Shown: positions 15,001 through 29,354, numbered from the stretch's first letter. The stretch: DNA of 64,000 nucleotides from Eledone cirrhosa (GCA_964016885.1 OZ024759.1:1984001-2048000); one strand, 5' to 3'. Translations and numbers: made by a program. The notes: generated from the letters alone by a model not told the origin.

Positions 15001-18000
15001 GTCTACATTAGTAACATGACACAGTCTATATTAGTAACATGACAAAGTCGATATTAGTAACATGACAATGTCTATATTAGTAACATGACACAGTCTATAT
15101 TAGTAACATGACAAAGTCTATATTAGTAACATGACAAAGTCTATATTAGTAACATGACAAAATCTATATTAGTAACATGACACAGTCTATATTAGTAACA
15201 TGACACAGTCTATATTAGTAGCATGACACAGTCTATATTAGTAACATGATACAGTCTATATTAGTAACATGACAAAGTCGATATTAGTAATATGACAAAG
15301 TCTATATTAGTAAAATGACAAAGTCTATATTAGTAGCATGACAAAGTCTTTATTAGTAACATGACACAGTCTATATTAGTAACATGACACAGTCTATATT
15401 AGTAACATGACAAAGTCTATATTAGTAACATGACAAAGTCTATATTAGTAACATGACACAGTCTATATTAGTAACATGACACAGTCTATATTAGTAACAT
15501 GACAAAGTCTATATTAGTAACATGACAAAGTCTATATTAGTAACATGACACAGTCTATATTAGTAACATGACACAGTCTATATTAGTAACATGAGACAGT
15601 CTATATTAGTAGCATGACAAAGTCTATATTAGTAACATGACACAGTCTACATTAGTAACATGACAAAGTCTATATTAGTAACATGACACAGTCTATATTA
15701 GTAACATGAGACAGTCTATATTAGTAACATGACAAAGTCTATATTAGTAACATGACACAGTCTATATTAGTAACATGACACAGTCTATATTAGTAACATG
15801 ACAAAGTCTATATTAGTAACATGACAAAGTCTATATTAGTAACATGACAAAATCTATATTAGTAACATGACACAGTCTATATTAGTAACATGACACAGTC
15901 TATATTAGTAGCATGACACAGTCTATATTAGTAACATGATACAGTCTATATTAGTAACATGACAAAGTCGATATTAGTAATATGACAAAGTCTATATTAG
16001 TAAAATGACAAAGTCTATATTAGTAGCATGACAAAGTCTTTATTAGTAACATGACACAGTCTATATTAGTAACATGACACAGTCTATATTAGTAACATGA
16101 CAAAGTCTATATTAGTAACATGACAAAGTCTATATTAGTAACATGACACAGTCTATATTAGTAACATGACACAGTCTATATTAGTAACATGACAAAGTCT
16201 ATATTAGTAACATGACAAAGTCTATATTAGTAACATGACACAGTCTATATTAGTAACATGACACAGTCTATATTAGTAACATGAGACAGTCTATATTAGT
16301 AGCATGACAAAGTCTATATTAGTAACATGACACAGTCTACATTAGTAACATGACAAAGTCTATATTAGTAACATGACACAGTCTATATTAGTAACATGAG
16401 ACAGTCTATATTAGTAACATGACAAAGTCTATATTAGTAACATGACACAGTCTATATTAGTAACATGACACAGTCTATATTAGTAACATGACAAAGTCTA
16501 TATTAGTAACATGACAAAGTCTATATTAGTAACATGACAAAGTCTATATTAGTAACATGACACAGTCTATACTAGTAACATGACACAGTCTATATTAGTA
16601 ACATGACAAAGTCTATATTAGTAACATGACAAAGTCTATATTAGTAACATGACAAAGTCTATATTAGTAACATGACAAAGTCTATATTAGTAGCATGACA
16701 CAGTCTATATTAGCAACATGACAAAGTCTATATTAGTAACATGACACAGTCTATATTAGTAGCATGACAAAGTCTGTATTAGTAACATGACAAAGTCTAT
16801 ATTAGTAACATGACAAAGTCTACATTAGTAACATGACAAAGTCTATATTAGTAACATGACACAGTCTAAATTAGTAACATGACAAAGTCTATATTAGTAG
16901 CATGACAAAGTCTATATTAGTAACATGACAAAGTCTATATTAGTAACATGACACAGTCTATATTAGTAACATGACACAGTCTATATTAGTAACATGACAA
17001 AGTCTATATTAGTAACATGACAAAGTCTATATTAGTAACATGACACAGTCTATATTAGTAACATGACACAGTCTATATTAGTAACATGACAAAGTCTATA
17101 TTAGTAACATGACAAAGTCTATATTAGTAACATGACACAGTCTATATTAGTAACATGACACAGTCTATATTAGTAACATGAGACAGTCTATATTAGTAGC
17201 ATGACAAAGTCTATATTAGTAACATGACACAGTCTACATTAGTAACATGACAAAGTCTATATTAGTAACATGACACAGTCTATATTAGTAACATGAGACA
17301 GTCTATATTAGTAACATGACAAAGTCTATATTAGTAACATGACACAGTCTATATTAGTAACATGACACAGTCTATATTAGTAACATGACAAAGTCTATAT
17401 TAGTAACATGACAAAGTCTATATTAGTAACATGACAAAGTCTATATTAGTAACATGACACAGTCTATACTAGTAACATGACACAGTCTATATTAGTAACA
17501 TGACAAAGTCTATATTAGTAACATGACAAAGTCTATATTAGTAACATGACAAAGTCTATATTAGTAACATGACAAAGTCTATATTAGTAGCATGACACAG
17601 TCTATATTAGCAACATGACAAAGTCTATATTAGTAACATGACACAGTCTATATTAGTAGCATGACAAAGTCTGTATTAGTAACATGACAAAGTCTATATT
17701 AGTAACATGACAAAGTCTACATTAGTAACATGACAAAGTCTATATTAGTAACATGACAGTCTAAATTAGTAACATGACAAAGTCTATATTAGTAGCATGA
17801 CAAAGTCTATATTAGTAACATGACAAAGTCTATATTAGTAACATGACAAAGTCTATATTAGTAACATGACAAAGTCTATATTAGTAACATTACAAAGTCG
17901 ATATTAGTAACATGACAAAGTCTATATTAGTAACATGACACAGTATATATTAGTAACATGACAGTCTATATTAGTAACATGACAGTCTACATTAGTAACA

Positions 18001-18070
18001 TGACACAGTCTATATTAGTAACATGACAAAGTCGATATTAGTAACATGACAATGTCTATATTAGTAACAT
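12100..18070 (+). repeat. Tandem duplication with period 2984 bp (130 monomers), containing nested 690-bp and 897-bp duplications
   Basis: GACAAAATC at about 12176, 12866, 15160 and 15850 (690 = 30x23; 2984 = 130x23-6). The CTATACTAG variant base is at 13588 and 14485 (897 = 39x23). Confidence 0.82.
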
Positions 18071-19225
18071 GACAAAGTCTATATTAGTAACATGACACAG
18101 TCTATATTACTAACATGACACAGTCTATATTAGTAACATGACACAGTCTATATTAGTAACATGACAAAGTCTATATTAGTAACATGACAAAGTCTATATT
18201 AGTAACATGACAAAGTCTATATTAGTAACATGACACAGTCTATATTAGTAACATGACACAGTCTATATTAGTAGCATGACACAGTCTATATTAGTAACAT
18301 GATACAGTCTATATTAGTAACATGACAAAGTCTATATTAGTAACATGACAAAGTCTATATTAGTAAAATGACAAAGTCTATATTAGTAACATGACAAAGT
18401 ATTTATTAGTAACATGACACAGTCTATATTAGTAACATGACACAGTCTATATTAGTAACATGACAAAGTCTATATTAGTAACATGACAAAGTCTATATTA
18501 GTAACATGACACAGTCTATATTAGTAACATCACACAGTCTATATTAGTAACATGACAAAGTCTATATTAGTAACATGACACAGTCTATATTAGTAACATG
18601 ACACAGTCTATATTAGTAACATGACACAGTCTATATTAGTAACATGACACAGTCTTTATTAGTAACATGAGACAGTCTATATTAGTAGCATGACAAAGTC
18701 TATATTAGTAACATGACACAGTCTACATTAGTAACATGACAAAGTCTATATTAGTAACATGACACAGTCTATATTAGTAACATGAGACAGTCTATATTAG
18801 TAACATGACTAAGTCTATATTAGTAACATGACACAGTCTATATTAGTAACATGACACAGTCTATATTAGTAACATGACAAAGTCCATATTAGTTACATGA
18901 CAAAGTCTATATTAGAAACATGACAAAGTCTATATTAGTAACATGACACAGTCTATATTAGTAACATGACGAAGTCTATATTAGTAACATGACACAGTCT
19001 ATATTAGTAACATGACACAGTCTATATTAGTAACATGAAAAAGTCTATATTAGTAACATGACAAAGTCTATATTAGTAACATGACAAAGTCTATATTAGT
19101 AACATGACAAAGTCTATATTAGTAGCATGACACAGTCTATATTAGCAACATGACAAAGTCTATATTAGTAACATGACACAGTCTATATTAGTAACATGAC
19201 ACAGTCTATATTAGTAACATGACAC

Positions 19226-19479
19226 AGTCTATATTAGTAACATGACAAAGTCTACATTAGTAACATGACAAAGTCTATATTAGTAACATGACAAGGTCTG
19301 TATTAGTAACATGACACACTCTATATTAGTAGCATGACACTGTATCATGTTACTAATATAGACTGTGTCATGCTACTAATATAGAGTGTGTCATGTTACT
19401 AATACAGACCTTGTCATGTTACTAATATAGACTTTGTCATGTTACTAATGTAGACTTTGTCATGTTACTAATATAGACT
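19226..19479. repeat. Perfect inverted repeat, 115-bp arms (19226-19340 / 19365-19479), 24-bp spacer
   Basis: The variants CTAC, AAGGTCTGT, CACACTC and TAGC upstream are mirrored in order inside the inversion (GCTA, GAGTGTG, ACAGACCTT, GTAG). The same structure occurs at +3902. Confidence 0.9.
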
Positions 19480-19571
19480 TTGTCATTTTACTAATATAGA
19501 CTTTGTCATGTTACTAATATAGACTTTGTCATGTTACTAATATAGACTGTATCATGTTACTAATATAGACT
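19341..19571 (-). repeat. Inverted block of the satellite, copy 1 (231 bp, 10 monomers + 1 bp)
   Basis: After ...AGCATGACAC the sequence switches to TGTATCATGTTACTAATATAGACTGTGTCATGC..., the reverse complement of the monomer. It returns to GTCTATATTAGT at 19572. There is 2-bp AC/GT microhomology at the ends. Confidence 0.97.
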
Positions 19572-19667
19572 GTCTATATTAGTAACATGACAAAGTCTAT
19601 ATTAGTAACATGACAAAGTCTATATTAGTAAAATGACAAAGTCTATATTAGTAACATGACAAAGTCT
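19452..19667. repeat. Perfect inverted repeat, 96-bp arms (19452-19547 / 19572-19667), 24-bp spacer
   Basis: The variant CATTTTAC inside the inversion mirrors GTAAAATG downstream, and the A-type monomer pattern matches. The same structure occurs at +3902. Confidence 0.9.
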
Positions 19668-22600
19668 TTATTAGTAACATGACACAGTGTATATTAGTAG
19701 CATGACAAAGTATGTATTAGTAACATGACAAAGTCTATATTAGTAACATGACAAAGTCTACATTAGTAACATGACAAAGTCTATATTAGTGACATGACAC
19801 AGTCTATATTAGTAACATGACAAAGTCTATATTAGTAGCATGACAAAGTCTATATTAGTAACATGACAAAGTCTATATTAGTAACATGACAAAGTCTATA
19901 TTAGTAACATGACAAAGTCTATATTAGTAACATGACAAAGTCGATATTAGTAACATGACAAAGTCTATATTAGTAACATGACACAGTATATATTAGTAAC
20001 ATGACAGTCTATATTAGTAACATGACAGTCTACATTAGTAACATGACACAGTCTATATTAGTAACATGACAAAGTCGATATTAGTAACATGACAATGTCT
20101 ATATTAGTAACATGACAAAGTCTATATTAGTAACATGACACAGTCTATATTAGTAACATGACAAAGTCTATATTAGTAACATGACACAGTCTATACTAGT
20201 AACATGACACAGTCTATATTAGTAACATGACACAGTCTACATTAGTAACATGACAAAGTCTATATTAGTAACATGACACAGTCTATATTAGTAACATGAG
20301 ACAGTCTATATTAGTAACATGACAAAGTCTATATTAGTAACATGACACAGTCTATATTAGTAACATGACACAGTCTATATTAGTAACATGACAAAGTCTA
20401 TATTAGTAACATGACAAAGTCTATATTAGTAACATGACAAAGTCTATATTAGTAACATGACACAGTCTATACTAGTAACATGACACAGTCTATATTAGTA
20501 ACATGACAAAGTCTATATTAGTAACATGACAAAGTCTATATTAGTAACATGACAAAGTCTATATTAGTAACATGACAAAGTCTATATTAGTAGCATGACA
20601 CAGTCTATATTAGCAACATGACAAAGTCTATATTAGTAACATGACACAGTCTATATTAGTAGCATGACAAAGTCTGTATTAGTAACATGACAAAGTCTAT
20701 ATTAGTAACATGACAAAGTCTACATTAGTAACATGACAAAGTCTATATTAGTAACATGACACAGTCTAAATTAGTAACATGACAAAGTCTATATTAGTAG
20801 CATGACAAAGTCTATATTAGTAACATGACAAAGTCTATATTAGTAACATGACACAGTCTATATTAGTAACATGACACAGTCTATATTAGTAACATGACAA
20901 AGTCTATATTAGTAACATGACAAAGTCTATATTAGTAACATGACACAGTCTATATTAGTAACATGACACAGTCTATATTAGTAACATGACAAAGTCTATA
21001 TTAGTAACATGACAAAGTCTATATTAGTAACATGACACAGTCTATATTAGTAACATGACACAGTCTATATTAGTAACATGAGACAGTCTATATTAGTAGC
21101 ATGACAAAGTCTATATTAGTAACATGACACAGTCTACATTAGTAACATGACAAAGTCTATATTAGTAACATGACACAGTCTATATTAGTAACATGAGACA
21201 GTCTATATTAGTAACATGACAAAGTCTATATTAGTAACATGACACAGTCTATATTAGTAACATGACACAGTCTATATTAGTAACATGACAAAGTCTATAT
21301 TAGTAACATGACAAAGTCTATATTAGTAACATGACAAAGTCTATATTAGTAACATGACACAGTCTATACTAGTAACATGACACAGTCTATATTAGTAACA
21401 TGACAAAGTCTATATTAGTAACATGACAAAGTCTATATTAGTAACATGACAAAGTCTATATTAGTAACATGACAAAGTCTATATTAGTAGCATGACACAG
21501 TCTATATTAGCAACATGACAAAGTCTATATTAGTAACATGACACAGTCTATATTAGTAGCATGACAAAGTCTGTATTAGTAACATGACAAAGTCTATATT
21601 AGTAACATGACAAAGTCTACATTAGTAACATGACAAAGTCTATATTAGTAACATGACACAGTCTAAATTAGTAACATGACAAAGTCTATATTAGTAGCAT
21701 GACAAAGTCTATATTAGTAACATGACAAAGTCTATATTAGTAACATGACAAAGTCTATATTAGTAACATGACAAAGTCTATATTAGTAACATTACAAAGT
21801 CGATATTAGTAACATGACAAAGTCTATATTAGTAACATGACACAGTATATATTAGTAACATGACAGTCTATATTAGTAACATGACAGTCTACATTAGTAA
21901 CATGACACAGTCTATATTAGTAACATGACAAAGTCGATATTAGTAACATGACAATGTCTATATTAGTAACATGACAAAGTCTATATTAGTAACATGACAC
22001 AGTCTATATTACTAACATGACACAGTCTATATTAGTAACATGACACAGTCTATATTAGTAACATGACAAAGTCTATATTAGTAACATGACAAAGTCTATA
22101 TTAGTAACATGACAAAGTCTATATTAGTAACATGACACAGTCTATATTAGTAACATGACACAGTCTATATTAGTAGCATGACACAGTCTATATTAGTAAC
22201 ATGATACAGTCTATATTAGTAACATGACAAAGTCTATATTAGTAACATGACAAAGTCTATATTAGTAAAATGACAAAGTCTATATTAGTAACATGACAAA
22301 GTATTTATTAGTAACATGACACAGTCTATATTAGTAACATGACACAGTCTATATTAGTAACATGACAAAGTCTATATTAGTAACATGACAAAGTCTATAT
22401 TAGTAACATGACACAGTCTATATTAGTAACATCACACAGTCTATATTAGTAACATGACAAAGTCTATATTAGTAACATGACAAAGTCTATATTAGTAACA
22501 TGACACAGTCTATATTAGTAACATGACACAGTCTATATTAGTAACATGACACAGTCTTTATTAGTAACATGAGACAGTCTATATTAGTAGCATGACAAAG

Positions 22601-23242
22601 TCTATATTAGTAACATGACACAGTCTACATTAGTAACATGACAAAGTCTATATTAGTAACATGACACAGTCTATATTAGTAACATGAGACAGTCTATATT
22701 AGTAACATGACTAAGTCTATATTAGTAACATGACACAGTCTATATTAGTAACATGACACAGTCTATATTAGTAACATGACAAAGTCCATATTAGTTACAT
22801 GACAAAGTCTATATTAGAAACATGACAAAGTCTATATTAGTAACATGACACAGTCTATATTAGTAACATGACGAAGTCTATATTAGTAACATGACACAGT
22901 CTATATTAGTAACATGACACAGTCTATATTAGTAACATGAAAAAGTCTATATTAGTAACATGACAAAGTCTATATTAGTAACATGACAAAGTCTATATTA
23001 GTAACATGACAAAGTCTATATTAGTAGCATGACACAGTCTATATTAGCAACATGACAAAGTCTATATTAGTAACATGACACAGTCTATATTAGTAACATG
23101 ACACAGTCTATATTAGTAACATGACACAGTCTATATTAGTAACATGACAAAGTCTACATTAGTAACATGACAAAGTCTATATTAGTAACATGACAAGGTC
23201 TGTATTAGTAACATGACACACTCTATATTAGTAGCATGACAC

Positions 23243-23473
23243 TGTATCATGTTACTAATATAGACTGTGTCATGCTACTAATATAGAGTGTGTCATGTTA
23301 CTAATACAGACCTTGTCATGTTACTAATATAGACTTTGTCATGTTACTAATGTAGACTTTGTCATGTTACTAATATAGACTTTGTCATTTTACTAATATA
23401 GACTTTGTCATGTTACTAATATAGACTTTGTCATGTTACTAATATAGACTGTATCATGTTACTAATATAGACT
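23243..23473 (-). repeat. Inverted block of the satellite, copy 2 (231 bp)
   Basis: Same sequence and junctions as 19341-19571, offset 3902 bp (170 monomers, four of them 21 bp). Confidence 0.97.
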
Positions 23474-26400
23474 GTCTATATTAGTAACATGACAAAGTCT
23501 ATATTAGTAACATGACAAAGTCTATATTAGTAAAATGACAAAGTCTATATTAGTAACATGACAAAGTCTTTATTAGTAACATGACACAGTGTATATTAGT
23601 AGCATGACAAAGTATGTATTAGTAACATGACAAAGTCTATATTAGTAACATGACAAAGTCTACATTAGTAACATGACAAAGTCTATATTAGTGACATGAC
23701 ACAGTCTATATTAGTAACATGACAAAGTCTATATTAGTAGCATGACAAAGTCTATATTAGTAACATGACAAAGTCTATATTAGTAACATGACAAAGTCTA
23801 TATTAGTAACATGACAAAGTCTATATTAGTAACATGACAAAGTCGATATTAGTAACATGACAAAGTCTATATTAGTAACATGACACAGTATATATTAGTA
23901 ACATGACAGTCTATATTAGTAACATGACAGTCTACATTAGTAACATGACACAGTCTATATTAGTAACATGACAAAGTCGATATTAGTAACATGACAATGT
24001 CTATATTAGTAACATGACAAAGTCTATATTAGTAACATGACACAGTCTATATTACTAACATGACACAGTCTATATTAGTAACATGACACAGTCTATATTA
24101 GTAACATGACAAAGTCTATATTAGTAACATGACAAAGTCTATATTAGTAACATGACAAAGTCTATATTAGTAAAATGACAAAGTCTATATTAGTAACATG
24201 ACAAAGTCTTTATTAGTAACATGACACAGTCTATATTAGTAACATGACACAGTCTATATTAGTAACATGACAAAGTCTATATTAGTAACATGACACAGTC
24301 TATATTAGTAACATGACACAGTCTATATTAGTAACATGACACAGTCTAGATTAGTAACATGACACAGTCTATATTAGTAACATGAGACAGTCTATATTAG
24401 TAGCATGACAAAGTCTATATTAGTAACATGACACAGTCTACATTAGTAACATGACAAAGTCTATATTAGTAACATGACACAGTCTATATTAGTAACATGA
24501 GACAGTCTATATTAGTAACATGACAAAGTCTATATTAGTAACATGACACAGTCTATATTAGTAACATGACAAAGTCTATATTAGTAACATGACAAAGTCT
24601 ATATTAGTAACATGACAAAGTCTATATTAGTAACATGACAAAGTCTATATTAGTAGCATGACACAGTCTATATTAGCAACATGACAAAGTCTATATTAGT
24701 AACATGACACAGTCTATATTAGTAACATGACACAGTCTATATTAGTAACATGACACAGTCTATATTATTAACATGACAAAGTCTATATTAGTAACATGAC
24801 ACAGTCTATATTAGTAACATGAGACAGTCTATATTAGTAACATGACTAAGTCTATATTAGTAACATGACACAGTCTATATTAGTAACATGACACAGTCTA
24901 TATTAGTAACATGACAAAGTCTATATTAGTTACATGACAAAGTCTATATTAGTAACATGACAAAGTCTATATTAGTAACATGACACAGTCTATATTAGTA
25001 ACACGACGAAGTCTATATTAGTAACATGACACAGTCTATATTAGTAACATGACACAGTCTATATTAGTAACATGAAAAAGTCTATATTAGTAACATGACA
25101 AAGTCTATATTAGTAACATGACAAAGTCTATATTAGTAACATGACAAAGTCTATATTAGTAGCATGACACAGTCTATATTAGCAACATGACAAAGTCTAT
25201 ATTAGTAACATGACACAGTCTATATTAGTAACATGACACAGTCTATATTAGTAACATGACACAGTCTATATTAGTAACATGACAAAGTCTACATTAGTAA
25301 CATGACAAAGTCTATATTAGTAACATGACAAGGTCTATATTAGTAACATGACACAGTCTATATTAGTAGCATGACACAGTCTATATTAGTAACATGATAC
25401 AGTCTATATTAGTAACATGACAAAGTCTATATTAGTAACATGACACAGTCTATATTAGTAACATGACAGTCTATATTAGTAACATGACAGTCTACATTAG
25501 TAACATGACACAGTCTATATTAGTAACATGACAAAGTCGATATTAGTAACATGACAATGTCTATATTAGTAACATGACAAAGTCTATATTAGTAACATGA
25601 CACAGTCTATATTACTAACATGACACAGTCTATATTAGTAACATGACAAAGTCTATATTAGTAACATGACAAAGTCTATATTAGTAACATGACAAAGTCT
25701 ATATTAGTAACATGACACAGTCTATATTAGTAACATGACACAGTCTATATTAGTAGCATGACACAGTCTATATTAGTAACATGATACAGTCTATATTAGT
25801 AACATGACAAAGTCTATATTAGTAATATGACAAAGTCTATATTAGTAAAATGACAAAGTCTATATTAGTAGCATGACAAAGTCTTTATTAGTAACATGAC
25901 ACAGTCTATATTAGTAACATGACACAGTCTATATTAGTAACATGACAAAGTCTATATTAGTAACATGACAAAGTCTATATTAGTAACATGACACAGTCTA
26001 TATTAGTAACATGACACAGTCTATATTAGTAACATGACAAAGTCTATATTAGTAACATGACAAAGTCTATATTAGTAACATGACACAGTCTATATTAGTA
26101 ACATGACACAGTCTATATTAGTAACATGAGACAGTCTATATTAGTAGCATGACAAAGTCTATATTAGTAACATGACACAGTCTACATTAGTAACATGACA
26201 AAGTCTATATTAGTAACATGACACAGTCTATATTAGTAACATGAGACAGTCTATATTAGTAACATGACAAAGTCTATATTAGTAACATGACACAGTCTAT
26301 ATTAGTAACATGACACAGTCTATATTAGTAACATGACAAAGTCTATATTAGTAACATGACAAAGTCTATATTAGTAACATGACAAAGTCTATATTAGTAA

Positions 26401-29354
26401 CATGACACAGTCTATACTAGTAACATGACACAGTCTATATTAGTAACATGACAAAGTCTATATTAGTAACATGACAAAGTCTATATTAGTAACATGACAA
26501 AGTCTATATTAGTAACATGACAAAGTCTATATTAGTAGCATGACACAGTCTATATTAGCAACATGACAAAGTCTATATTAGTAACATGACACAGTCTATA
26601 TTAGTAGCATGACAATGTCTGTATTAGTAACATGACAAAGTCTATATTAGTAACATGACAAAGTCTACATTAGTAACATGACAAAGTCTATATTAGTAAC
26701 ATGACACAGTCTATATTAGTAACATGACAAAGTCTATATTAGTAGCATGACAAAGTCTATATTAGTAACATGACAAAGTCTATATTAGTAACATGACAAA
26801 GTCTATATTAGTAACATGACAAAGTCTATATTAGTAACATGACAAAGTCGATATTAGTAACATGACAAAGTCTATATTAGTAACATGACACAGTATATAT
26901 TAGTAACATGACAGTCTATATTAGTAACATGACAGTCTACATTAGTAACATGACACAGTCTATATTAGTAACATGACAAAGTCGATATTAGTAACATAAC
27001 AATGTCTATATTAGTAACATGACAAAGTCTATATTAGTAACATGACACAGTCTATATTACTAACATGACACAGTCTATATTAGTAACATGACACAGTCTA
27101 TATTAGTAACATGACAAAGTCTATATTAGTAACATGACAAAGTCTATATTAGTAACATGACAAAGTCTATATTAGTAACATGACACAGTCTATATTAGTA
27201 ACATGACACAGTCTATATTAGTAGCATGACACAGTCTATATTAGTAACATGATACAGTCTATATTAGTAACATGACAAAGTCTATATTAGTAACATGACA
27301 AAGTCTATATTAGTAAAATGACAAAGTCTATATTAGTAACATGACAAAGTCTTTATTAGTAACATGACACAGTCTATATTAGTAACATGACACAGTCTAT
27401 ATTAGTAACATGACAAAGTCTATATTAGTAACATGACAAAGTCTATATTAGTAACATGACACAGTCTATATTAGTAACATCACACAGTCTATATTAGTAA
27501 CATGACAAAGTCTATATTAGTAACATGACAAAGTCTATATTAGTAACATGACACAGTCTATATTAGTAACATGACACAGTCTATATTAGTAACATGACAC
27601 AGTCTTTATTAGTAACATGAGACAGTCTATATTAGTAGCATGACAAAGTCTATATTAGTAACATGACACAGTCTACATTAGTAACATGACAAAGTCTATA
27701 TTAGTAACATGACACAGTCTATATTAGTAACATGAGACAGTCTATATTAGTAACATGACTAAGTCTATATTAGTAACATGACACAGTCTATATTAGTAAC
27801 ATGACACAGTCTATATTAGTAACATGACAAAGTCTATATTAGTTACATGACAAAGTCTATATTAGTAACATGACAAAGTCTATATTAGTAACATGACACA
27901 GTCTATATTAGTAACATGACGAAGTCTATATTAGTAACATGACACAGTCTATATTAGTAACATGACACAGTCTATATTAGTAACATGAAAAAGTCTATAT
28001 TAGTAACATGACAAAGTCTATATTAGTAACATGACAAAGTCTATATTAGTAACATGACAAAGTCTATATTAGTAGCATGACACAGTCTATATTAGCAACA
28101 TGACAAAGTCTATATTAGTAACATGACACAGTCTATATTAGTAACATGACACAGTCTATATTAGTAACATGACACAGTCTATATTAGTAACATGACAAAG
28201 TCTACATTAGTAACATAACAAAGTCTATATTAGTAACATGACAAGGTCTGTATTAGTAACATGACACACTCTATATTAGTAGCATGACACAGTCTATATT
28301 AGTAACATGATACAGTCTATATTAGTAACATGACAAAGTCTATATTAGTAACATGACAAAGTCTATATTAGTAACATGACAAAGTCTACATTAGTAACAT
28401 GACAAAGTCTATATTAGTAACATGACACAGTCTATATTAGTAACATGACAAAGTCTATATTAGTAGCATGACAAAGTCTATATTAGTAACATGACAAAGT
28501 CTATATTAGTAACATGACAAAGTCTATATTAGTAACATGACAAAGTCTATATTAGTAACATGACAAAGTCGATATTAGTAACATGACAAAGTCTATATTA
28601 GTAACATGACACAGTATATATTAGTAACATGACAGTCTATATTAGTAACATGACAGTCTACATTAGTAACATGACACAGTCTATATTAGTAACATGACAA
28701 AGTCGATATTAGTAACATGACAATGTCTATATTAGTAACATGACAAAGTCTATATTAGTAACATGACACAGTCTATATTACTAACATGACACAGTCTATA
28801 TTAGTAACATGACACAGTCTATATTAGTAACATGACAAAGTCTATATTAGTAACATGACAAAGTCTATATTAGTAACATGACAAAGTCTATATTAGTAAC
28901 ATGACAAAGTCTATATTAGTAACATGACACAGTCTATATTAGTAACATGACACAGTCTATATTAGTAGCATGACACAGTCTATATTAGTAACATGATACA
29001 GTCTATATTAGTAACATGACAAAGTCTATATTAGTAACATGACAAAGTCTATATTAGTAAAATGACAAAGTCTATATTAGTAACATGACAAAGTCTTTAT
29101 TAGTAACATGACACAGTCTATATTAGTAACATGACACAGTCTATATTAGTAACATGACAAAGTCTATATTAGTAACATGACAAAGTCTATATTAGTAACA
29201 TGACACAGTCTATATTAGTAACATCACACAGTCTATATTAGTAACATGACAAAGTCTATATTAGTAACATGACAAAGTCTATATTAGTAACATGACACAG
29301 TCTATATTAGTAACATGACACAGTCTATATTAGTAACATGACACAGTCTTTATT

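Larger units (their letters stand above)
16311..24054 (+). repeat. Near-tandem duplication of about 3.9 kb (about 16311-20152 / 20211-24054) that carries the inversion
   Basis: Lines match at +3900 and then at +3902 after a 2-bp deletion present only in copy 1 (about 17757). Both copies share the private variants GTATTT, GTCCATATTAGTTAC, AGAAAC, GTATGT and AGTGAC, and the inversion. Confidence 0.9.

Noticed and set aside
19341-19571. MITE/transposon or recombinase-controlled invertible switch
   Set aside because: The segment consists entirely of satellite monomers. There are no distinct terminal repeats, no unique internal sequence and no recombinase gene, and both copies have the same orientation.
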